DNA of 62,135 nucleotides from an uncultured Planctomycetales bacterium (GTDB taxonomy: Bacteria > Omnitrophota > Gorgyraeia > Gygaellales > Profunditerraquicolaceae), in assembly GCA_964487475.1 (NCBI GenBank), contig CAZAPM010000005.1:62001-124135 (forward strand), written 5' to 3'. The notes beneath the pieces are model-generated. The model had not been told where the DNA came from. It saw only the letters and a list, made by a program, of their open reading frames with translations, and searched no databases. Positions within the stretch are counted from its first letter, which is position 1. Each line of letters opens with the position of its first letter. Below, in pieces: positions 43,801-55,800 of this stretch. A program made the position numbers and the translations under genes.

Positions 43801-46800
43801 CTTCAACCGTAATAAAAAGGGCAGAGATGTGACGGAAGTTACCAGCGATCCTGATTGGGCCCTTGAACCGGAGCATGCTGAGATCAAAAGCCTCTTCAGC
43901 GATATAAGCGCCGAGTTGAATTCCGGCCGCGGGAAAGAGTTCTTTAACTATGTGCGGGGAGAAAAGATAGGGACTGTTGATGAGTGGTTGAAGGATAGGA
44001 AGGCATCTTCCCGTCTCTTGAGTGTGGTCCCGTTCAATATATTCTTCGCTGATATTGCGGCGATAATGAATAAGATCCAGGTTTTCTTGTATGCGCATCC
44101 GATCATTGCGTGCTTGCTGCTTATTCCGTGGGCGGTGCTTTGTCTCTCGCTTAAGGCGATCAACGATACCAGCCTGGCGGAATTCAGGAAGGAGCTCGGA
44201 AGATTCGGGGTCAAGGGGTTGATGTGGTTCTCAATCGGGACCATATTCGCCTATATGCCTTTTGGCACGTTACGGGCGTGGGGATACAGGATATTTGCAT
44301 CGCTTAATACGACCCTTGCCGTTCCTGATCTGATGAGAAAATACTGGAAAGAGTCGGATGACAGGATTAGAGATGATATCTTGGACGCATTATGGATGAT
44401 CAAGCGCGGATCGGTAAGCGCATTTCTCGTATCGGCTGCTTTGCAATCCGGGGATATCTTCAATCGTTGGAAGGCGCTACTCATTCTCGAGATGCAGACG
44501 GAGAAGTCTTGGCTGGTCTCCATATTCAATGCGGTCATCGCTGATCCCGACCATGGCGAATTGATCCGCCAGCGCGCAAAGGATGCGTTAGCTTTCTTGG
44601 AGAGCCCGAAAAATCGCCCGTCGATTGAGCGCGGCAAAAAGAATGCTGGAGCGATTGTTGTGACGGCAGCTGGGGCAGAGGGGGAGCTTTTGTCGGTGGA
44701 GATATGCGGAGATTGGAAAGAGGCGATTTCCAATTCAGCTTTGACTGACGCCGAAAAGGACATCTTAAAGAGTGAGATCGAAAGAGTGCTGGGTGCTCTC
44801 GCGAAACGTTATTCGGCAACACCGTTTAGATTTGCCCTGCGGATCGTAGAGAATGCCTTGAGGCTGGCGGAAGTCAGGGAAGCGGCGGCTAAGGGTGATG
44901 CCATGGCAGAGATTACGCTCGACAGGAGGCTGCTCGCGTGCGTGCCGTTGCTTGGCCTTGAGTTGACCCACGAAATTAATCACATCGTATTGGGGCAGAG
45001 AGAGTCAAGGGCTGTATCGGCAATTGAGGAGGTTGCGATCATCCTGGCTGAGGTGAGGAGCTTCTTGAATCTTGGTGATGCTTCCCGTGCGGAGGTTATG
45101 GCTTTTCTTTCGAGCAGTGCCTCATCGATGGACACCGCACACTTCAAAGATATCCTCGTGAAAGCCGAGAGAAAAGAATCTGTTCTTGAGGAAGTCATAA
45201 ATTATGTAAAAACCGCGTATGGGGCAGAAGCTTCTTCGGCCTTGGGCGGTCTTTCGATTGTCGAGATTGAGGCCCAAGTCCTTCAGGTTATTGCACCGTA
45301 CGTTCCCCGCTCGGAAAAAGATCGCATAGATCTTATTAAGGAAGCGAACGATCCTTACAAGACTTTGGAGGTCCTGAGAAGAACGGCGCAGACTATTCTC
45401 GGCAAGAGCTGGAGGATCGAGGACCTTAGCATCGTGACCGACGCACAGGTCGAGCTTTTTGCCGCTGCGGATATGATCGATCCGAAGGTGGTCGAGGAAT
45501 TCAAGAAGGCACGCCAGGAGCTGCGCGATAACTTCAGCAATTCCGAGGAGATCCTCAAGAAATTTAGCCTGGGTACCTTCGGCCCGTTGAAGTGGAAGTG
45601 GTTACGCAACGCCGCCCGCCGCTGGTCTCTGGTGCGCCGCGTGCTTTCCCTGACCAAGATCCTGGAGTTCATGGTCAAGGTTAATGTGGCGGAAGTCAAG
45701 GGCGAGTATTATAAGGAATGTAATAATGACCGCCGTGATCCTTCTCCCAAGGATTTCGTGGAGAATTACTTCGTGAAGTTCGTCGATGCCAAGTATACCT
45801 CTCCGATGGTGGTAGCGCCCATCCTGCTGGTGATCCTGGTGGTGCTGGGCGTGCTTAACGCCGTGGTGCTTATCTCCAGCGCGTACTTCGGAGCGCTGAC
45901 CACCTCTGCCTGGATGACCTTCTGGATCCCGGCGGCCCTCAACAATATCGCGGCCATCACCTATAATAACCTTAACCTGCCGTTTGCGCTTTACCAGTCG
46001 GTAGGCCTCTGGACCGGCGGATTGCTCCTTTCCGCGACCGTGATCGGCCTGATCTATATCTTCAAGGGCGAAAAGGCCGTGGCGAAAGCCGCGCATGACC
46101 CGGCGATCTATCACGCGGCGATGCAGGTCAAGCGCGAGCGTGCGTTCATGAACAAGGTGGTGTGGACGGCTGCGGGTATCGGCGCGGCGCTGCTCTTCGT
46201 TCCCGGCTTCTCCCATATCGGGTCCGCGCTTATCCTGGCTTCTTCCCACTTGTGGATGTTCAATTTCATCAAGGCGCCCGGCTTCAAGACCTACTTCCGC
46301 CAGTTCTGGTCATGGGGTAATGACAATCCGCAGCAGTATTTCAGCAATATCTTCCACATCGCGCTGCTCTCCTTGTTCATCATGTACTCCTTCATCGCCT
46401 ATGCGCACGTGGTGCCGTGGGCCGCTTCCTTGTTCGGAGCGGAAGGGGTGGTTGCTCCTCTGACCGGTATCTACGGTATCATGCGCGCCGGTCTGTACAT
46501 CTCTATCTCGTACATGGTCGTCTGGTACGGCGGCCTGACCGCCCTCTGGTATGGCCTGCGCAACTACGTGTCCGGTGTCTTCTATGCGGAGAGCAAGCAT
46601 AAGGATGCGAATGGAAATTATTTCACCGATGAGCGTACCTATTCCCGCGCCAAAGTGGCCGGATTCTTCTATGGTTCGGTGCGTTTTATTGCCGCAGGTG
46701 TCATTGCCTACTTTGCGTATATCTTCCTGCAGCCTGTCATGGCGGCGGGTGCAGCCTGGGTGATCAACACGGTCTTCGTCAACGGCGTGCATCCTTTCTT

Positions 46801-49800
46801 TGCCTATACCTTCGGCCTGGTGGCGAACCTGATGACGTTCATGGTGGCCATGGATGCGGCGGATAAGTCGTTGCATTTGGTAGCCAAGGCGACCGGATTG
46901 AAGTTCCTGATGGTGGGTGATGAGTATGCCCTGTTGGATGTGGATCCGGTGACCGGCCTGCCGAGAGACCTGCCGTATAACCCGTATGACCTGGCTCCTT
47001 ATTTCGACCGCGCCTTTAGCGCAAGCGAACGGGGAGAATACGGCTGGAATGATTTCGTCATCCCTGCCCAGGGCGCTACCGAAGGCCTGACCACTGCCGC
47101 CAAGCTGCGCCTGGATTTCGCGCCGGAGTATAAGTACCTGCGCGAGTTCATCGAGCATGTGAACAACGGGGATTTCGTCTGGATGCGGACGCATGCTCCG
47201 GCGACCTCCAAGCTCATGGACGTGATCTTCATGTTCGTGGAGTATTCGGAGGAGAATCAGCGCTTCGGGCCGGACGGCCTGCGCAAGCCGTACGCCAAGA
47301 TCGTCGGCGGCCAGGTCACCTACCGCGATTATTACACCTGGGAGCAGTTTGTAGAGGACCTGCACGATTCCCGCTCCCCGGCGTACCGCGTGTTCCGTAA
47401 CCCGGCCAAGCCTTTCGATGAGCAGGCGCTGGAGACCTTCTGGATGAACCATCGCTGCCAGACGGTATATAAGACCATCCGCGAAGGCCTGCTCAACCGT
47501 AAGATCCGCAAGTGGTATTTCATCAGCCAGCTGCTCAAGATGTTCAAGGCTGACGGTGTCCCCGGGATGGATATCCGTATCCTTCCCGCGAGGACGCAGC
47601 AGGCTATCGCGCAGGAGGGCCTGGTGCTTAAGGCCAAGGGTAAGACCTTTGACGAGCTCGATTACGATACCAAGCTGGCGATCGACCGCATCGCAGAAGA
47701 GTATTATGTGAAGTATTTCTACCGTTTCATCTGGATGAGCAATTTCGGCCAGCTGGCCGATCTGGTGGGGCTGCTGCCGGCTGCGTACCGCGCCGGATTG
47801 GATTCTCCCAGGAAGCTGGCGATGTTCCTCGAGACCCATCCGCACCTGAACGATTACATGGTCGGCAGGCTCAACACCATGACCGGCATCCAGGTCGAGA
47901 ACGGACGCCTGGCCTTGAACCATGACATCGTGATGTCCCGTCTGCACAATGATATCTCCAAGGGCAAGGCGCCTCGCGCAGTGTGCGCCAGCGCCCTGGT
48001 CTTCGACCTCATGAACCAGATGAACGTGTACCGCCGTGAGTTCGGATTGCGTGAGCTGAACCTGAAAGAATTCGTCATGGGCTCCTATGACGCGGACACG
48101 GAAGTGGAGAGCGTGGAGGCCAAGCGCCTGCTTTACGCCGCCTATATGTTCCAGAAGTACCCGAGACTGGGCATGCTCTTCATCTATACCTATGTATTCA
48201 TGAAGGATTATACCCTGGGTACCAAGCTCTTCAGCATCGGCGAGGATGTGTTTTGGACCAAGGTGGAGTGGCTCTTAGGGTTCCTGGGCAAGTCTGTCGG
48301 CGCCGGACACAACTACCTGTGCCGTCCGTACCTGATCGCCCAGACCGACACCTTCGATACTTCCGAAGACGAAGTGCAGGCTTCCTCCGTCACCGAGCTC
48401 GGGTTCCACGTCATGAACTTCTCCGGAGCCAAGCTTGGGCACGGCGCAGAGCATACTTTGGAAACCGCCTATAATCCGCTGCCGAAGTGGGCAGCCGGTT
48501 TCATGGATATGATGCGTTTCAAGTGGCGCAATATCTTCTCCAGCCCGAATGTCGGCTTCGGCGTGAAGCTGAACATGTTCCTCTTAGGGTTCTTCTACAT
48601 CGGCCTGGCGATCGGCGCGATCTCCCTGATCGAGAACGCGTTTGCCATGGTTGCCAACATCAGCTCCTTCGAAGGCCTTGCCGGGTTGCTGCCGTGGATG
48701 ATCTTTGTGCCGGTGCTCTACTATGCCGTGTGCGCCCCGCTCTTTGCCAAGCGCGTGGATGAAGTAGGCTGGGTCAGGACCACCCTGGAGATGCCGGTGA
48801 TCATCGTTTCCGCTGCCCGCTGGTTCGCGATCACCATGTTCCTGCAGGGTATCTCGGGTGTTGTGTTCGTAGGCTTGAGGTTAGGGTCCGTGTTCAACCT
48901 TTCTTCCAAGATGAACAAGCTGGTGACCATCCCCGCGATCACCAACCTTACCGGTGTGGATGCCAAGCAGTTCTTCGGCAAGATGGGAGAGTTCCGCCGG
49001 GGTAAGTTTGACGGAGACGGCAAGGTGTTCGATGACGGCAAGTACGGCGAGGCGCTGCTGCCCTTCCAGACCCGCTTGCTCGTGCTGCTTGCAGGTAGCA
49101 CCGGATTGCTGATCACCGGTTTCGTTATGTTCATGCATTCCATCGACCTGATCGGTATGGCGGTCGCGCTCGGCGCGCAGACCCTGACCAACTTCGCGAT
49201 CTGGTTCGGCATCATCCAGCTTAACGTGCTTCCGGGTGAGCCTAAGTCAGAGAGAAGCCTGTTTGCGGTCGCTACCGCCGCATTCTTCTCCAGCGTTGCG
49301 CTGGTGCTGGGTGTGATGGCGTTCTTCGGATGGATCCCGAATATCGTGGTGCTGCTGCCGTTCCTGGCGACCTATGGCTTAGCGCTGGCCATCGCCGTAT
49401 TCGTAGCCGGCGCGCTCATAGCCTTTTCGGCGGTGGTCAAGCCCAACGCGTATGCGTCTCATTATACGAGACTCTTCTGGCTCTTCATCCTGCCGATGGC
49501 AATGACGATGTACCTTTTAAGCCGCACGCTCTTCTGGTTCATGCACACCGGCTTGAACGTCCATATGGCGGGCGCGGCAGCTGCCAAGGCTACCGTTGCA
49601 ACCAAAGCTTCGGTGGGCCTGGTCGGCTTTATTTCCGGCAACCTCGCATTGGCGCTGGGTATCGCGGCGGTGGTGATCGTGCTGGCGGTGGCGGCGAAGT
49701 ATGCGTTCGCTTCCAAGGCGAATGCGGTGAATATGGGTCAGGTGAAGGTGTCCGGCAGCCGCGAGCCTCCTACTGATAACGCCGAGCCTAAGTTTAAGAT

Positions 49801-52800
49801 CACTCCCGCCAAGACTTATGTGACTGTGGACGATGTTGCGCTTGATCAGGAAAAACAGGAGTCCGTAGTTGTGGTACTCGCGACCGAAGACGGAGACGGC
49901 AATTACGTAAAACCGAGCAAGGAACAGGCTGAAGCGTTTAAGGATGCGCATGAAGTAGTCGTGATATTGAAAGACGGCACTGAGAAGACCGTTGCTCCTT
50001 CTTCGGTCAACCCAGGAAGCTTCAGGGTTACGGTCGAACTTTCCGGATCTGACCGTAAGAACATTAAACAGGTGCGCATCGTCAGGAAAGCGACCGCTGA
50101 TTCGGCTGCTTCCGATGTGGCTTCGGTTGCGGTTTCTGCCGTCGAACCCCGCCTGCGCGCGGTCCGCGACCTGGCGCATACCCCTGTTGCAGGGCGCGCG
50201 AACATCTTAGAGAAGGTCATGGAGCTGATGAAAGGGGAGAATGATCCGGAAGTGTTCGAAGCGCTCGTGACCGTGTTCGATAAGTTTGGGGTTCCTTCCG
50301 TGGTGATGTTTCAGCCTCTTTGCAATATCATCAACCGTGCTAAAGGCAATAAGAAGATCTATGAGCGTGCGTATGAGCTGCTGGGTAAGATCAAGGAAGC
50401 GTTCACGGATGATATCGTTAAGTTGGAGCATGCGCTGGTGACCAATGTTGATCCGGTGATCCGTGCCAAGGCGGCCGAGCTGTTGGGCGTGGCAGGCGAA
50501 GGCAAAAAGCGCCATGTGACCGACGTGCTCAAGGCCCATCTGCAGACCGAGACCAATATCCGCGTGGCCGATCAGATCACCCTGGCTCTGCAGAAGCTTA
50601 CCTATAAGAATGCGGATGAGACGAAGAAGGTACTGGCTGAAGCAGAAACTCTGAAGAAGACTTCGGTTTCGGCCGCCATGCAGGAGAAGATCGCAGCCTT
50701 CAAGGCGGTGATGGCCGCCGAGTATCACAACCTCGGCGTTACCGGTAATGACGAGTTACTGCCTTTCGGCGGCACCTTGCGTGACTGGGTGTTGACCGGA
50801 GCGCTGAACGAGCATGGCGATATCGACGTGTTGGTCAAGGTGTACCAGTCGGATATTGTCAGAACCGACACGAAAGTGGATTTCCTCGCCTCCATTGATA
50901 AGGCTGTTGATTCCGTGGCAGGAGCACTCGCGCCGAAGCTTGGGCAGGATAAGGAAACGGTCAAGGCCAAGCTTCTGGCGAGCGTGCTTTATATCAACGG
51001 CAAGCGCATCAATATCATCGGTATGATCGAAAAGACCGGAATGAAGGAGAAATCCGGCAAGCTGTATCCTCACCCCGATTACGCCAACTTCTTCAAGAAC
51101 AGCCAGCTTTATCCCAGTATAAGCCGGATGGGCGTGTCGCTGGTCAAGGACCAGGTGTATTGTGCCGAAGGCACGAAAGAGGACCTGGAAAACAAGGTGC
51201 TGGCGGTAAGGAATCCGCTGCACGGGCCGTGGAGCGAGATCACGATGGAGCAGATGTCCCTGCTCTTGAGGATGAAGTTCGAGCATCCCTTCCTGACGGT
51301 CGATCCGGTGGCTGCGGAGGCTATGGACCTCTTCTTTAAGGATCCGGCGTATTTCAAGGCAGGCATCAAGACCTTGACGGGTGGGGCGGCAGCAGGTCCG
51401 GCAGCCGCTCCTCAGGCCGCAGGTACGGGTGCTGCCAAGCAGGCTGCTCCCGCTGGTACGGGCGCGGCTGCGCAGGGCCCGGCCAAAGCCGGTACGGGTG
51501 CCGCTCCGCAGGCGGCGAAAGCCGGCACTGGCGCTGCTCCTCAGGCAGCCAAGGCAGGTACGGGTGCCGCTCCGCAGGCGGCGAAAGCCGGCACCGGTGC
51601 CGCTCCTGCTCCGGCAGCAGCAGCTGCTCCTGCCGCAGGCAAGGGTAAGGGTAAGGATCGCCTGGAGAAGCTTCTGGAGATCCTCTTCCGCTATGCCGCA
51701 GACGTCAATGAAGTGAAGGCGTTCTTTACCGATGCCGATCGTCAGTCCCTGGTGGAAGCGCTGGGTATCGATCTGGATGCGGTGGCTGAGCGCGCCCTGG
51801 CTATGGATGATGAGGAACAGATCAATTTCGAGCGCAAGGCGCTCGATCTCGAGACTCTCATGTATTTCGTGCATGCGGCGGGTATCGATATCAAGGGCAA
51901 GACCCGCGGGGCACAGAAGGAAGCGCTGCTGGAGTTCCTTATCGGAAGCAAGGCGCATGAAGCTGCGGCGACCGTAATGCATAAGGGCGAGCGTGCGATC
52001 GACGATGCGGCGATCATGCAGGCGGTTGCCCTGGCGCTGCAGGCAGTTCCTGCGGAGATGATCGCTGATGCGCAGGTCCGCGGCAGGGCGGAAGGGTTGG
52101 CGATCGAAAAACTGCAGAAGGCGGCTAAGCTCTTCGGCTGGAATACTTCCAATAACAGATTGACCTTCGAAGGCCTGAAGCTGGCGGCCCTTAACGTGCT
52201 GAATGCGGTGCTGGCGTTCGAGTTCAATGCCTACGCCGGAACGGATAAGAAGGCAGAGGAATTGAAGGAGAAGCTTGAGGAGCAGGCGTGCGTTACCTGC
52301 GCCCCGGTCGGCAATGCGGCAAACGTCAATCTCGTGGGACGCAATCCCCGCCAGGTGCCGACTGCCAAGGGCAAAGAGATCATCGGCGGGCTTCTGGCCG
52401 AGGGCAAGCCTTTCTACCTGGCCTTCGCCGATATCGATGATATGACCCTTTACCACGAAGCGTTCGGCAAGCACCTGAAGCTCGCGGGTAAGGTGAGGCT
52501 GGTGATCGAAGAGGTGATCGAGGATATCAATGCCCGCGAAGCCGGCAACGGTATCGTGATCAGCCAGGTGAAGTGGATGGAAGACGAGTCCTTCATCCTG
52601 ATCGAGGGGGTAACGCATGAGGCAGCCGCGCAGGAATTGATGATCGAGATCCGCGAGCGCGTGGCGATCCAGAGCGCGGTGCGCCTGGGTGTGGCAGTCC
52701 TCGAGGGGGTGCAGGAATCCCACAGCAATTATTTCAACGCGATCCAGCACGTGACCGGGTACGAATTGATCAGGACCGCAGACGCGTACACCGTTCTCTT

Positions 52801-55800
52801 CGATATTCTGCCGGGCAAGACCGCGGCTGAATCCCTGGAGATCGCGGTCCGCGCATGGAACAGCCGGCTGCTTAAGACCAGCGGTATCGTCGTGCATGCC
52901 AGGCTGTTGGCGCCGGTGCCGGCGTTCAGCATCAGCGTTGCCGGCGTACTGGTCCAGGAGAAGGTCGAATTCCCGGCCGTAGCTGCCGAGCGTAGTGCCA
53001 AGATCGATGTTAAGGTCGAAGAGATCATGACCAAGATCGACCCGGCGTTGGCTGAGGCGAAGAAGCAGGGCGCCCAGAAGGTAGCCAATGCCGACAGGGA
53101 TTTTGAGATCATCGTGGCTGAGAAAGAAGCGGCTTCCCCGGCTCCCGCGCTGCCTGCGGTGTGCGCAGATTTCAATACCGGCGCGTTCACCAACGATACT
53201 GCCGTGGTCGTGCTCAAGAACGGCGAGTTCGGCGGGTTGGATTTCAATGTGCGCACCATGGTGCTGGATCAGCTGGCGCTGGATTATAAGATCGCGATCG
53301 GTTCCAGAAGGGCTTTAACCCCCGCGGAAGTGCTGCGCATCTGGGGACATACCGGTATCAGGATGAGGCTGGTCAGGCTTCTGGCGGAGATCGAGCAGAA
53401 CGCCGAGCTTAAGGCGGAAGTTGAGAAGGCTCTGGCGCTGGCGGCGGATGAGAAGGGCGTTGAATTCGGCCAGTGGATCGATGCGCAGGCGAAGATCACC
53501 AAGGATAAGGCGCATCCTTTTGTCTTGAGCGAGAGCAGCCATTTCAGGGCCCTGGTCTTCCTGTGGGATCTGAGCTCCAAAGAGGTTCAGGTCGTGCTGT
53601 TGCAGAGGGTAAGCAGCAGGCAGCAGGTGGCGGCCCGTTACGGCCTGCCGGCGGCTGCGGTTGCGGGGTCCGAGCAGAACCTGGTGGACCTGATCGTGGG
53701 CGAAGCGGATAATCCGGCGGCCGGAACCCTGCGCGCCATGGTCAAAGAGGAGCTCGCTGCCGGATCCCTGCAGTACGTGATGAAGGTGGCGGATAACCAG
53801 GGCGTGCCGCAGAGAGCTGCCTATGCCGCGGCTAACGCCATCCACTCGCCTACGTTTGAAGAGCTTGCTTCCCGCGAATGGGATATCTGGAAGGCGGAGA
53901 TTTCCGTGCTGCTGGGCCAGTTTACCCGGCCGTATACGCCTCTGGCGCCTCCGGCAAGAACTGTCGAGACCCGTTCCCTCAATGATGCCTACCGTATGTT
54001 CGTTCCCGTGACCTACAGAACGCCTCAGCAGATCGCCGATGAATTGACCCAGGCTGCGGGTACCATGTCCGCAAACGCTTCTCTCCAGGAAAGATTCGCG
54101 CTTGAAAGAAGGTTAGCCTGTTTCGTCGCTTCCATGAATGAGGCGTATGCCGCCACCGGCGCCTATACCTATTATCATGCGCTGGTTGCGATCAGTCACT
54201 ATCAGGCAGTGGTCTCCCAGTGGATCCCGCAGGATGGGGTCAACCTTTACATCGCCCGTGACGCTGCCAACTTCTGGATGGCCGGCCAGATGATGGCGCA
54301 GGATAAGGCGGCGTTCGAAGCTAATAATGTGGTGTTCCATCTCTCCCGCGAGCGCATGGGCAATGCGCACAAAGCCATGGAGATCATCCTGGATACGGTC
54401 AGGGCGGAATCGGTGTCTACTCCTGTCGAGTTCTGGACCGCGCTGCTGAAGCATTTCACCGCCAGGATGAATGAGGATGCGGAGTTTGCGGCGAAGGTTG
54501 CCGAGACGTATGCCAGGGTCAAGCCGTATCTGACAGGCGGAAAGCTGCGTATCGTGGAGAGCATGGCGGAAGGTATGATCACTACTTTCATCAAGGCGGC
54601 TGTGCTGGTCAATGAGCCTGCTGCGGCGGTTGAAGAGTGTATTGCCGCTCCTAAGTCGGTTCGCGAGTCGAAGCTGCGCGGTGCAAGGATCTTCGATTGG
54701 CTCGGAGCGACCAGGGAAGAGATCGCGAGGTTCCTCGAAGATGCCTTCCAGAAGAATGGTTTGAAGGCGCCGGCGAAGATCGATACCACTCCGGCGGAAG
54801 AGGCGGAGGAGAGAGAGGTAAAGCAAGCTTTCGATCGTAACCAGCTTAAGGTATGGGCACTTGAAGCGCAGGCGTATGAACTCCAGTATCCTTTCTCTGA
54901 AGTCAACCTTGGTCATCCGGTGGAGTTCTCGGAGGGCAAGGTGTTGGTATCTTCTCCTGCCAAGCAGCTTGGTTTTGCGCTGCGCCAGATGCTGTTAGCG
55001 AATGCAATCGCGGATAGGGCTGGAGAAATTGGCGCTGTGGCGCTGGCAGCGGCTGTTCCTGTGGTGACTGTGGATGAGTATTTCGCGGGAACCAATATCC
55101 ATATGACTGATGCGCAGAAGGCCGCATTCGAGGATCTCCTGGCACGTCATAACGAAGTTTTGATGACGATCGGCGATGCCAAGCATGCCGAGGCATTTGC
55201 CAGGATCTTGGAGTGGATGCAAATGATGGGCGATGCAGCAATGGCACAGGTGTTAGCGGTAGATAAGGCCGAGCCGCGTTTCGCTTTTTACCTGGAAAGA
55301 ATGTTTTTTGTTCTTCGTGATATGTCTTCCCATGATGATTTCATACGCAGGATTACTTGGTTGATGAATAGAGAAGGGGCGTTGTCGGCTGAATTCGCGA
55401 AGCTTAATAAGGGTAAGTTTGGGATTGAGGACCCCGTTCAGATATTACATCTGCTTGGGACAAAGATTGCAGTTGAAAAGCGAAAGCTTGCCCAAGAACG
55501 TCGAGGCATGGGATACGTTCGCAGTTCCTCAAAATCATATGGCGCCGACCTCCTGGGTGCGACTGCTCCGGGCGCGAAGAAAGAGCTGTTGGATTCGAGA
55601 GATTTCCTGAGCCTGATCCTGAAGGAAGCAGGGAAGCTTAATGGCAAATGTTTCTCCTTTGTGCCGATGTTCGGATTGGTTAAGCTTCATCCTTTGGTTG
55701 CGCTGATCGCCCTGCTTGTGGTTATCGCTGGGGTGGGGTATTACATTTGGAAAAAGACGAGCAATTTGAGAAAAACCTCAACGAAAAAAGTTCCGGTTGT

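Noticed and set aside
34706..52897. Long minus-strand ORFs (1150, 1137, 545, 713 aa), and similar ones at 13527-32213
   Set aside because: Antisense shadows of the GC3-biased + strand frame; His/Arg/Leu-rich, with no recognisable motifs.
54230..54920. YIARDA...HLSR segment as a specific enzyme domain
   Set aside because: It resembles FLxRDG-type motifs but is too weak to name without a profile search.
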